A DNA stretch of 14,600 bases from Candidatus Methylomirabilia bacterium (lineage in GTDB: Bacteria; Methylomirabilota; Methylomirabilia; Rokubacteriales; CSP1-6): contig JBHIBG010000067.1 in assembly GCA_046758965.1 (NCBI GenBank), positions 1-14,600 of the forward strand. The letters run 5' to 3'. Position 1 is the first letter of the stretch; every line of letters starts with the position of its first letter. The notes under the pieces were generated by a model. The model did not search any database, had not been told where the DNA came from, and worked only from the letters and a program-made list of their open reading frames with translations. Made by a program: the position numbers and the translations under genes. Below, in pieces: positions 1 through 7,826 of this stretch.

Positions 1-1
1 C

Positions 2-613
2 CCCGCCGCCGCAATTCTCTCCACCGACACCTCCGGCCTCTCGATCACGGCGATCGCCTCGGTCACCAAGCGGCCCGATCGGGTCGTGGGATTCCACTGG
101 CTCAACCCCCCGCACCTGATGCTCCCCGTCGAGGTCAACCGCGGGACCGAGACCTCGGAAGAGACCATGCGGACCACCTGTGCCCTGGCTGAACGGATCG
201 GTCGGCTGCCAATCCGCGTGGAGCGCGACGTTCCAGGCTTCCTCTGGAACCGGCTCCGGCTGGCCCTGCTCCGCGAGGCGATCCATATCGTCGAGCAGGG
301 CATCGCCCGGCCTGAGGACGTGGATCTGGCGGTCCAGTGGGGCCTCGGGCTCAGGTGGGCCGCTGTGGGACCGTTCAGGGTCATGGATCTGGCTGGACTG
401 CCGACCTTCCGCACGGTCTCGGCATCCCTCTTCCCCGAGCTATCGGCAGCGCAGGAACCACAGCCGCTGATCGAAGAGGCGGTGCGTGGAGGTCATGTGG
501 GCGCGAAGGCCGGGAAAGGCTTCTATGACTACCCGGCTGGCGCTTCCGAGGCTTTGGTCCAGGAGCGAGACACTCGCCTCATGGCGATCCGCCGGGCGCT
601 GACTGCCCGCTGA
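2..613 (+). CDS. 3-hydroxyacyl-CoA dehydrogenase family protein (3' part; 5' end lies outside the window)
   Basis: The frame is open from base 2 (PAAAILSTDTSGLSITAIASVTKRPDRVVGFHWLNPPHLMLPVEV). It carries family motifs H-x-x-N-P-P...VEV, PGFLWNRL, GPFRVMDLAG and GAKAGKGFYDY. Stop is TGA at 611-613. Confidence 0.9.
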   Translation, partial: PAAAILSTDTSGLSITAIASVTKRPDRVVGFHWLNPPHLMLPVEVNRGTETSEETMRTTCALAERIGRLPIRVERDVPGFLWNRLRLALLREAIHIVEQGIARPEDVDLAVQWGLGLRWAAVGPFRVMDLAGLPTFRTVSASLFPELSAAQEPQPLIEEAVRGGHVGAKAGKGFYDYPAGASEALVQERDTRLMAIRRALTAR

Positions 614-716
614 CGCCGGCGGTCAAGCGCAACAACTCCGATGGAGGCGTAGAGGTCTCACGGGGCCCGCCCTGTATCCGACGACGCTCTCTCCGAGGCT
701 CGCGGTGTCGTTCGGG

Positions 717-2030
717 TCATCGGGTCGGAGGACGCGCGATGCTGACCCGGACCGTCCCCAGGTAGCTCTGTGCAGCGCGTCGGATATCAGCGGCCGTGAG
801 CCTCCGTACGGCAGCGACGTAGCGGTCGAGAAACTCGTAGCCGACCCCTGCAAGCTCGAAGGAGGCCAGGTCCCGAGCCTGGCGCGCGTTGGTGCGCCGG
901 TCCATGGCGAAACGGCCCAGGAGATACGCTTTGGCCAGGCGGACCTCCTCGGCCGTGGGAGGCTGCCGGCGGATCCGCTCCAGCTCTCTCAAGAGAGCCC
1001 CCTCAGCGCGTCTCAGGTTCTCGGGCGCGGTGCCCAGCTGGGCGACGAAATAGCCCGCATCGAGGAGCGGCAGATAGAACATCCCTGTGGAGTACGCGAG
1101 CGCCTGCTTGTCCCTGAGCTCGGAGAAAAATCGGCTGGCCATGCCGCCGCCAAGGAGCGTGCTGAGGAGCTTCATGGCCGGGTAATCGGGGTGGGTGAGG
1201 AGTGGGGCCAGTGCTCCCACGAGGACCTGCGCCTGAGCCCCGGGCACCTCGTTCACCGCGCGCCATGCCGCAGGCGCTGGGAGGCGGACAGAAGGCGGAG
1301 CCGGTGGCGGCGCTACGGGCATGGAGCCAAAGAGCCGCTCGGCCTCGGCGACCACCGCCGGGGCGCGAACCTGTCCGCTTACAGCGAGCACCATCCCCCC
1401 GGGGACGTAGTGACGGCGGTAGTGGGCGATGAGCGCGCTCCGGTCGATGCGTTTCACGCTCTCCGGGAGCCCGAGTCGGTCCCATGCGTACGGATGCGAG
1501 CCGAAGAGGGACTGCCTGAGGGTGTCGAAGGCGAAACTGTAGGGCTTCTCCCCGCGATTGCGGATCTGAAAAAGGAGGAACCGCCTCATCCCCTCGATCA
1601 GCCCGCCAGGCAGGGACGGATGAAGGGCGACGTCCGCCACCAGCTCGAGGAGCGCGACCCAGTGGCGGCTGAGCGCGGTGGCCGAGATCTCTGACGAGTC
1701 CACGTCCCCCACCGCGTCGATGCTGCCGCCGAGGCGCTCCGCATCCCTGACGATCTGAATCCCACTCCGGGAGGTGGTGCCGCCCCTCACAACCATGAAC
1801 TGGAGGAAGTTGGAGATCCCGGCCGTCTCCCGGCTCTCCCAGCGCGTCCCCATGCGCACCGCCAGAGAGATGGCGACCACGGGCGCTGTCGGGTTCTCGC
1901 GGACGAGCACGGTCATCCCGTTGGGGAACCTGGTGCGCGTGACGGCTCCTGTCGCTCTGGCCACGGCAGGAGCGCCGATCCAGACCAGGACCGTGAGGCC
2001 GAGCATCACGGCGAGCGCCTGTCGCTTCAT
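717..2030 (-). CDS. M16B (pitrilysin/MPP-like) peptidase, non-catalytic subunit, with predicted signal peptide
   Basis: The ATG at 2030 overlaps the upstream stop (ATGA) and follows a GA-rich RBS. The N-terminus MKRQALAVMLGLTVLVWIGAPAVARA looks like a signal peptide. M16 motifs include FPNGMTVLVREN, HPYAW..LG and LLGGGMASRFFSELRDKQALAYS. HxxEH is degenerate (NFLQF). Confidence 0.88.
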   Translation of the reverse strand: MKRQALAVMLGLTVLVWIGAPAVARATGAVTRTRFPNGMTVLVRENPTAPVVAISLAVRMGTRWESRETAGISNFLQFMVVRGGTTSRSGIQIVRDAERLGGSIDAVGDVDSSEISATALSRHWVALLELVADVALHPSLPGGLIEGMRRFLLFQIRNRGEKPYSFAFDTLRQSLFGSHPYAWDRLGLPESVKRIDRSALIAHYRRHYVPGGMVLAVSGQVRAPAVVAEAERLFGSMPVAPPPAPPSVRLPAPAAWRAVNEVPGAQAQVLVGALAPLLTHPDYPAMKLLSTLLGGGMASRFFSELRDKQALAYSTGMFYLPLLDAGYFVAQLGTAPENLRRAEGALLRELERIRRQPPTAEEVRLAKAYLLGRFAMDRRTNARQARDLASFELAGVGYEFLDRYVAAVRRLTAADIRRAAQSYLGTVRVSIARPPTR

Positions 2031-3370
2031 CGCTCCCCCCTCTTCTTCGGTACAAAGGCGAGCCGAGCGTAATCGGTCCGCGACAGATAGCGCCGCGCCG
2101 CCTCGCGGATCTGCTCTCGAGTGACCTCCTTGAGGCGCTCCACGTAACGCAGCTCCTCCTCGAGGCTCCACGCGATCTCGGCGATGCCGTAGTTATAGGC
2201 GAGGCCCTCCGCAGTCTCGCTGTCAAAGGCGTGTTCGGCTTCGAACCTCGTCACCGCGAGCTGACGTTCATCCTCGGTGACTCCACTCTCCTGGATCCGG
2301 GCGATCTCCTCCAGGATCCGGCGCTCGACTGTCTCGAGGTCCCCGGCCTCCAGCTGGGCCCTCACGCTCATAATGCCGCCGTGCTGAAGGGCCCCGTACC
2401 CCATCGTGATCTTCGACACGAGCCGCTCGCGGTCGTGGAGGGTGCGCGCCAGGCGGGAGCTCTCCATTTCTCCTAGGATCGAGACCAGCAGGTCCACCGC
2501 GAAGCTGTCCGCGGCGTCCGTGGGCGGTGCCAGCCATCCGAGCGCCAGGTAGGCCTGCTGCTCCGGGCGCTTCACCTCCCGTCGAATCACATCCTTTGCC
2601 GGACGGGGCGCAGGAACAGGGGCCCGCTGATAGCGAGTGCCCGGCAGTTGGCCGAATGTCCGCTGGACAACGACCCGCACCCTGTCAGGGATGACCGGGC
2701 CGACCACGATCAGGGCCATGTTCTCCGGGGTGTAGTGCCGCTTGTAGTACGCAAAGACTCGCTCCCGGGTCCCCGCGGTCAGTGTCTCCCGCACGCCCAG
2801 GGGGGGATGCCCGTACGGATGGTCGCGGAAGACCAGCCCGTAGATCCCCCGGACGAGCGCGATCCACGGCGTATCACTCTCTCTCCGCCTCTCCTCGAAG
2901 ATCACGTCCCGCTCGCGATTCAGCTCAATCGGATCGAACTTCGAGCGGAAAGCCATGTCGGCCAGGATCCGAACCCCTTTGGCGACCTCCGCGGCAGGGA
3001 GGAGGAAAGAAAAGAAGGTGTAGTCGAGCGACGTGTTGGCGTTGGACAGCCCCCCGACCCCCTCCACTGCGCGGTCCACGAATCCCGGCCCCCAACTGTC
3101 CGTGCCCTTGAACAGCATGTGCTCCTGAAAGTGGGAGAAGCCAAGTTCGCTCGGAGCCTCATCGCGCACGCCGACCCCGACGAAGAGATACAGAGCAACG
3201 ATCTGCGCGGCGCGGTGCTCCTGGATGATCAGGCGCATGCCGTTCGAGAGCACCTCGCGCGTCGGGGGCGGCAGCCCCCGCGCGCGGGGAGAGCCGGATT
3301 GGGCGGCGCTCGGCCCGCTGCACCCGCCGAGCAGCGCCCACAGCGCGATGATCGCCAGCAATCGTGCCAC
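2027..3370 (-). CDS. M16B zinc peptidase, catalytic subunit, probable lipoprotein
   Basis: The inverted zinc motif HFQEHMLFKGT lies at 3119-3133, with SNANTSLDYT, the distal Glu segment ERDVIFEE and HPYGHPPLG. The N-terminus has a lipobox-like LLGG-C. The GTG start follows an in-frame stop a few codons upstream. Confidence 0.92.
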   Translation of the reverse strand: MARLLAIIALWALLGGCSGPSAAQSGSPRARGLPPPTREVLSNGMRLIIQEHRAAQIVALYLFVGVGVRDEAPSELGFSHFQEHMLFKGTDSWGPGFVDRAVEGVGGLSNANTSLDYTFFSFLLPAAEVAKGVRILADMAFRSKFDPIELNRERDVIFEERRRESDTPWIALVRGIYGLVFRDHPYGHPPLGVRETLTAGTRERVFAYYKRHYTPENMALIVVGPVIPDRVRVVVQRTFGQLPGTRYQRAPVPAPRPAKDVIRREVKRPEQQAYLALGWLAPPTDAADSFAVDLLVSILGEMESSRLARTLHDRERLVSKITMGYGALQHGGIMSVRAQLEAGDLETVERRILEEIARIQESGVTEDERQLAVTRFEAEHAFDSETAEGLAYNYGIAEIAWSLEEELRYVERLKEVTREQIREAARRYLSRTDYARLAFVPKKRGER

Positions 3371-3498
3371 GAACCTACCCTCTCACGTGAACGAGGCGCC
3401 GGTCAGGATGACATGCCTTCGATCCTCGAAATCGCGGGATCCTCGTCACGATCGTCCCCCCGCCCCCTCCCGCCTCACGGTCCCCGCGCCTGCCGCTC

Positions 3499-3999
3499 TC
3501 ACGGCGCCTCAGTCGTACTCTCCACAAAGCGGAATGATACCACCGACACCTGGAAGGCGACCTCCGTCCCGAAGGGAGTGAGCCTGATCTCGAAGAAGGA
3601 CTCGCCGTCGGGCGGGATCTCCTGGTCCACGCTCCCTACAGCGCGGCTCACCATCTGGCCGCTGGCATTCACCCCGTCGACCTGCAGGCGCACCTCGGTA
3701 GCCGTGCGCTCATGGTCGTGACTGACCCATCCGACGATCGCGATCCGCTCAGGGCCGCTCCGGTCCACGTTCCAGGTGATCGTGAAGAAACCCTGTCTGC
3801 GGACGAGGCCGAACTGGGCCCACGCGGCGGTCACCGCCATTGCCAGGACCAGCAGGAGCGCCAGGACGACGCTTCCGGCGCCTTCTCTCCAGCGCAGGAC
3901 CCCTGGATGACTGGAAGGCCGGACCTTACTCAGGGAGATCACGCGCAGGGAGCCCCGCAGCCCCGGATGCTCCCACTGTTGCTCCCGTACCCCGAACAT
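3499..3999 (-). CDS. small exported/membrane-anchored beta-rich protein, FxLYD-domain-like (start uncertain: ATG 3999 or GTG 3942)
   Basis: A hydrophobic segment VVLALLLVLAMAVTAAWA|Q is followed by IVGWVSH...EVRLQVDGVNASGQMV...IPPDGESFFEI, which resembles the FxLYD Ig-like pattern. It is co-oriented with neighbours and fills the gap between them. Confidence 0.55.
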   Translation of the reverse strand: MFGVREQQWEHPGLRGSLRVISLSKVRPSSHPGVLRWREGAGSVVLALLLVLAMAVTAAWAQFGLVRRQGFFTITWNVDRSGPERIAIVGWVSHDHERTATEVRLQVDGVNASGQMVSRAVGSVDQEIPPDGESFFEIRLTPFGTEVAFQVSVVSFRFVESTTEAP

Positions 4000-4080
4000 G
4001 GCTACCCCAGCATAACGCCACAGGGCAGGGCTAGGGAATGGGCCAACGGAACCGATCCGTCCCAGCCTTTCGGGAGCGCA

Positions 4081-4800
4081 TCAGCCGAAATCGAGGGAGC
4101 GGTGGTTCTTGGGATCGAACTCCCGGATCACCCGGAGCTCCTCGGCAGTCGGAGGCGGGGTCTCCGGGCAGTCAGGAAGGATCTCAACAGCAAAGCCGGT
4201 GTGCTCTCGCACATCCTCGGCGGTGACCCCGGGATGGAGGCCTTCCACCTCAAGACGACCACGCTCTCGTCTCATCACGCAGAGCGGGGTCACCACCCGC
4301 TCCACGTTTCCGGTTGCGGTGACGAAGTCGAGCTTCTCGACGAAGGTGCGACGGTCGTGCTTGGTGCGCCAGAGGATCACGCGCCGGGCGGTCGGCAGGA
4401 TCACGGCCGCCCCGCCGCCTCCCGGGAGCCGGACGGCGGGATGGTCAAGCTCACCGATCACGCTGGAGTTGGTCCGCCCGGCAGCGTCGATCTGCACCGC
4501 CCCCACGAACATCAGATCCACCCCGCCCCGCATCACGAGCTGATAGAACTCGGCCTGATCCACGATCCCCGCGCTGCCGGTCAAGAGCGTCGGGTCGGTC
4601 GAGGAGACGGGAAGCCCGGGGGGATTGGCATCGATCCCTCCGCCGATGTTGAGCGAGATCAGGTTCGGCGCGTGAAGGCGGCGAGCCAGCTCGATGGCAA
4701 GCATCGGCAGGATGGAGCCGACCCCATTGAAGACCAGCTCCCCGTCTCTCAAGAGGCGGGCCATCGCCACCGCCATGATCTCGGGCGGGCCGAAGGCCAT
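4081..4800 (-). CDS. class I CoA-transferase-fold enzyme, beta subunit (GctB/PcaJ-like); canonical catalytic Glu absent
   Basis: Family motifs are MAVAMARLLRDGELVFNGVG, HAPNL, DLMFVGAVQIDAAGRTN, RLPGGGGA, FVEKLDFVT, VVTPLCVM and HPGVTAEDVREHTGF. The ATG at 4800 lies 6 nt after the alpha-subunit stop. Confidence 0.9.
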   Translation of the reverse strand: MAFGPPEIMAVAMARLLRDGELVFNGVGSILPMLAIELARRLHAPNLISLNIGGGIDANPPGLPVSSTDPTLLTGSAGIVDQAEFYQLVMRGGVDLMFVGAVQIDAAGRTNSSVIGELDHPAVRLPGGGGAAVILPTARRVILWRTKHDRRTFVEKLDFVTATGNVERVVTPLCVMRRERGRLEVEGLHPGVTAEDVREHTGFAVEILPDCPETPPPTAEELRVIREFDPKNHRSLDFG

Positions 4801-4806
4801 CGACAA

Positions 4807-5640
4807 TCACCGGCCGCTCGGCGCCACCGTGCGGAGCGGGAGGTCGCAGGCGTCGAGATACGCGTGAAGAGTCTCGGGGCGCTCCGCGGCCTCCAGGTAA
4901 GCCCGGATTCCTGACTCGTCGATCCCGTAGTAGGGATGGCAGCTCGTGGGACGCGCGCCCTCCGGGGCAAGCACAACGGCCTCCACCAGGAAGTGCGGGA
5001 TCCGCGTCAGCTCCGGGAGCCGCGCCAACTCCTCGGTCGGGAGGAGGCGCTCGGTCGTGAGGATCACGCGCGCCCCGGCGCGCGACATCACCAGATCCCA
5101 GTAGGAGGAGCCGTAGATCCGGGCGTTCCCGAGGGTGTCGGCTTCCTGGACGTGGACGATCGCCCAGTCGGGCCTGATCGCCGGAATCGCGTAGAGCTCC
5201 GCGCCCGTGTAAGGGTCCTTCACGGTGCGGAGCCCCGCCGCCGCCGGAATATCGCTCCCCGTGAGGCCGACGATCGGCTCGAACGGGAGCCCGTGGGATG
5301 CGGCCCGCATCCCGGCGTAGATGACGGGTCAGCTGCTCTCGGTGTGGCGGACCAGCCCGCGCTCGACGGCGCGGCGAAAGCTCCTCGCCATGCCGAAGCC
5401 GACCTCGAAGGTCACGATGCCGGCGGTGGTTCTCGAGAGGCAGCCCGCGGCGCACAGGAGATCCACATCGTAGGCGGGCGAGGGCTTGACCAGCTCCAGG
5501 TCCCGCCGACCTGTGCGCGCCAGCGCGCGCACGAACGCCGCCGGAGTCCGGTGGAGCATGGTGCCCCCGACTGTGATCGAGGCGCCATCCGGCACCAGCC
5601 GGGCCGCCGCCTCGAGAGTCATCAGCTTGGAGCGGGCCAT
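4807..5640 (-). CDS. class I CoA-transferase-fold enzyme, alpha subunit (GctA-like), probable selenoprotein with in-frame TGA (Sec104)
   Basis: The N-half (KLMTLEAAARLVPDGASITVGG...RTPAAFVRAL...DLLCAAG...FRRAVERG) and C-half (GMRAASHGLPFEP...DPYTG...IPAIRPDWAIVHVQEADTLGNARIYG...GARPTSCHPYY) are in the same frame. Only TGA 5329-5331 separates them. Readthrough gives HTESS-U-PVIYAGMRAA and a full-length 277-aa subunit. A SECIS-like hairpin follows the TGA. Confidence 0.85.
5290..5328 (-). promoter_or_regulatory. putative bacterial SECIS element
   Basis: The mRNA after UGA reads CCCGU-CAUCUACGCC-GGGAUGCG-GGC-CGCAUCCC-ACGGG. This gives a perfect 8-bp upper stem with a G-starting apical loop 23 nt after UGA, plus a 5-bp lower stem CCCGU/ACGGG. 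Confidence 0.75.
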
Positions 5641-5659
5641 CGAGGTGCCTCGCGTGAGG

Positions 5660-5668
5660 ATTCTACCA
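5660..5668 (-). promoter_or_regulatory. putative extended -10 promoter (TGGTAGAAT) for the CoA-transferase-like genes
   Basis: TGnTAGAAT overlaps the yraN stop codon, about 20 nt upstream of ATG 5640. A GAGG RBS lies between them. There is no convincing -35. Confidence 0.45.
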
Positions 5669-6037
5669 TCCGGTCAGCTCGAAGGCGCCGGGAAGATGGC
5701 GAATCGCGGCCACCCGGTCCTCCTCGTCCACGGTGATCCCCACGACGTCGAACCGGCACCGGACCTCGCTGAGCCGCCTGGCCTTGAGGTAGCTCAGAGC
5801 GAGCCGGCCCAGCCGCGCCTGCTTTCTCGGCGTCACTCCCGCCTGGGGCGGATCGCCCCGCCCGCCCCGCCGCGCTTTTACCTCCACGAAGACCAGCGTG
5901 TCGCCGTCGCGGGCCACGAGGTCGATCTCGCCGAGACGGGAGCGGACGTTCTGGTCGACGATGACGAAGCCGCGTCGCCTGAGGAAGCGGGCGGCCTCGG
6001 CCTCGCCGCGCCGGCCAATCCTCTGCCGCCGGTCCAC
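5663..6037 (-). CDS. yraN: YraN/UPF0102 family putative endonuclease
   Basis: Motifs are GRRGEAEAARFL..GFVIVDQN, GEIDLVARDGDTLVFVEVKAR and RFDVVGI. It sits in the usual position after rnhB. The GTG start at 6037 is chosen because it lies just after the rnhB stop. Confidence 0.92.
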   Translation of the reverse strand: MDRRQRIGRRGEAEAARFLRRRGFVIVDQNVRSRLGEIDLVARDGDTLVFVEVKARRGGRGDPPQAGVTPRKQARLGRLALSYLKARRLSEVRCRFDVVGITVDEEDRVAAIRHLPGAFELTGW

Positions 6038-6041
6038 GGGA

Positions 6042-6677
6042 CTAACGGCTGAACAGTTCCGCCTGCCGCCACACCCCGTGAAAGGTGCGACGGTGGATGG
6101 AACACGGGCCATGCGCCTCGAGCGCTGCGAGGTGCTCGGGCGTGGGATACCCTTTGTGGCGACGGAACCCGTACTGGGGAAAGGTGTGGTCCGCCTCTCG
6201 CATGAAGCGGTCCCGGGTCACCTTGGCGATGATGGATGCGGCAGCCACGGAGGCAGAGCGCCGGTCGCCCTTGATCAGGTTCTTCTGGCGGCAGGGGAGC
6301 GAGGCCAGCCGGACCGCGTCGGTCAGGACCAGCTCCGGGTGGAACGGAAGTGTGCCGATCGCCTCCCGCATGGCGAGGCGGGTGGCCTCGAGAATATTGA
6401 CCCGATCAATGATCTCAGGGCCGACCACACCCACCGCCACGGCCACCGCACGCTCGATGATCCTGTCGAAGAGCTCGTCACGCTCGGCAGGGGCGAGGAG
6501 CTTGGAGTCCTGAAGCCCGCTGATTCTTCGCTCAGGGTGGAGGACCACCGCCGCAGCGACAACGGGACCGGCCAGGGGCCCGCGTCCGGCCTCGTCCACG
6601 CCGGCCACCCGCACCCGGCCGGCGCGCCAGGCGCGGCGCTCAAACTGGTAGCCAGCCTCGCGCGCGAAGCGCCGCAT
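6042..6677 (-). CDS. rnhB: ribonuclease HII
   Basis: Motifs are [49 protein letters not shown] and HRRTF. Confidence 0.97.
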   Translation of the reverse strand: MRRFAREAGYQFERRAWRAGRVRVAGVDEAGRGPLAGPVVAAAVVLHPERRISGLQDSKLLAPAERDELFDRIIERAVAVAVGVVGPEIIDRVNILEATRLAMREAIGTLPFHPELVLTDAVRLASLPCRQKNLIKGDRRSASVAAASIIAKVTRDRFMREADHTFPQYGFRRHKGYPTPEHLAALEAHGPCSIHRRTFHGVWRQAELFSR

Positions 6678-6684
6678 CGGGTGG

Positions 6685-7047
6685 CTAGCCGCTGGTGGTG
6701 GTCGGTCCCCGCTTTTCCTTGAGCCGCGCGGCTTTGCCGACGAGCTTTCTCAGGTAGTAGAGTTTGGCCCGCCGCACCCGGCCGTGCCGCACCACCTGGA
6801 TCTTCTCGATCCGCGGAGAGTGCAGGGGGAACACGCGCTCCACGCCGACTCCGTACGAGACCCGGCGCACGGTGAACGAGGCTCGCGCCCCCTCGCCACG
6901 CGCTCGGATGACCACGCCCTGGAAGGTCTGGATCCGCTCCTTCTCCCCCTCGACGACCTTCACGAAGACCTTCACGGTGTCTCCCGGGGCAAAACCATCC
7001 CGGTCCTGCTTGAGCTGGCTCGCTTCCACGATTCTCACGGGATCCAT
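6685..7047 (-). CDS. rplS: 50S ribosomal protein L19
   Basis: Motifs are [48 protein letters not shown] and [10 protein letters not shown]. Confidence 0.98.
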   Translation of the reverse strand: MDPVRIVEASQLKQDRDGFAPGDTVKVFVKVVEGEKERIQTFQGVVIRARGEGARASFTVRRVSYGVGVERVFPLHSPRIEKIQVVRHGRVRRAKLYYLRKLVGKAARLKEKRGPTTTSG

Positions 7048-7066
7048 GGATGTCCGCTCCTTCGCG

Positions 7067-7810
7067 TTAGAAATATGCCTCAGGGCCCTTGCCCTGCCGA
7101 AATCCCTCGACCATCTTCTGCTCCTCCGGAGTCAGGTCCGCCGCCTCCAGGAGATCGGGCCTGCGCCGGAAGGTGCTCCAGATCGCCATGACCCGCCGCC
7201 ATCGGCCGATCCGGCCGTGGTCCCCCGACAGGAGCCGGTCGGGGACTCTCCACCCCCGGAACTCCTCGGGGCGCGTGTAATGGGGACCTTCCAGCAGCCT
7301 CCCGGTGAAGGAGTCTTTCTCGGACGCGGCCTGATCGCCGAGGGCGCCCGGAAGCAGCCGAACCACCGCGTCGACGACCACCAGGGCCGGCAGCTCGCCC
7401 CCCGTCAGCACGTAGTCACCGAGGGAGAGCTCGTCGTCCACCAGGTGCTCCCGGACCCGCTCATCGACGCCTTCATACCGCCCGCAGAGGAGAATGAGGT
7501 GAGCCTCACGAGCCAACTGCCGCGCCACCTCCTGGGTGAACGGGCGCCCCTGCGGGTCAAGCAGGATGACCCGCGATGCCGGCCCCCGTAGCGCCTCCAC
7601 GCAGGCAAACAGCGGTTCTGGCTTCAGAATCATTCCCCCGCCCCCGCCGAAGGGGTAATCATCTGTCACCCGGTGGCGCCCCTCCGCATAGTCCCGGAGG
7701 TTCACCGCCCTCACCTCAACCACCCCGGCGGCTCGGGCTTTCCCCAGAATGGACTCCTGAAGCGGTCCGGCGACGATACCAGGGAAGAGCGTCACGATAT
7801 CGACTTTCAC
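7067..7810 (-). CDS. trmD: tRNA (guanosine(37)-N1)-methyltransferase
   Basis: Motifs are [53 protein letters not shown] and LLSGDH. The GTG start at 7810 follows GGAG. Confidence 0.97.
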   Translation of the reverse strand: MKVDIVTLFPGIVAGPLQESILGKARAAGVVEVRAVNLRDYAEGRHRVTDDYPFGGGGGMILKPEPLFACVEALRGPASRVILLDPQGRPFTQEVARQLAREAHLILLCGRYEGVDERVREHLVDDELSLGDYVLTGGELPALVVVDAVVRLLPGALGDQAASEKDSFTGRLLEGPHYTRPEEFRGWRVPDRLLSGDHGRIGRWRRVMAIWSTFRRRPDLLEAADLTPEEQKMVEGFRQGKGPEAYF

Positions 7811-7826
7811 CTGGCGCTCCAACCGC

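Noticed and set aside
614..716. Intrinsic terminator or small RNA between the convergent genes
   Set aside because: Only imperfect GC pairings are present, with no U-tract and no recognisable RNA family.
2031..2171. N-terminal extension of the second M16 ORF to 2171
   Set aside because: It overlaps the upstream gene out of frame. The real start is ATG 2030, which has an RBS, an ATGA overlap and a signal peptide.
3499..4800. Second readthrough: the beta-subunit TGA (4081-4083) is in frame with the downstream ORF via 27 open codons and is followed by small hairpins
   Set aside because: The beta subunit is already full length and the linker looks non-coding. The downstream protein has its own signal-like segment. 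An open 81-nt in-frame gap is unremarkable at this GC content.
705..4914. Long plus-strand ORFs 705..1694, 2648..3721 and 3712..4914
   Set aside because: They are antisense shadows of well-supported minus-strand genes in high-GC DNA and show no recognisable motifs.
5329..5331. Alternative genetic code (UGA=Trp or Gly)
   Set aside because: TGA terminates many conserved genes here at their expected ends (ffh, rpsP, khpA, rpe, yjbQ), and Trp is encoded by TGG.
4807..5640. Two separate genes (103 aa + 167 aa), or a nonsense pseudogene
   Set aside because: The halves are in frame and joined by conserved-looking sequence, with no other lesions. ATG 5310 has no RBS, and a SECIS-like hairpin sits at the expected distance. 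A pseudogene is not fully excluded but is less parsimonious.
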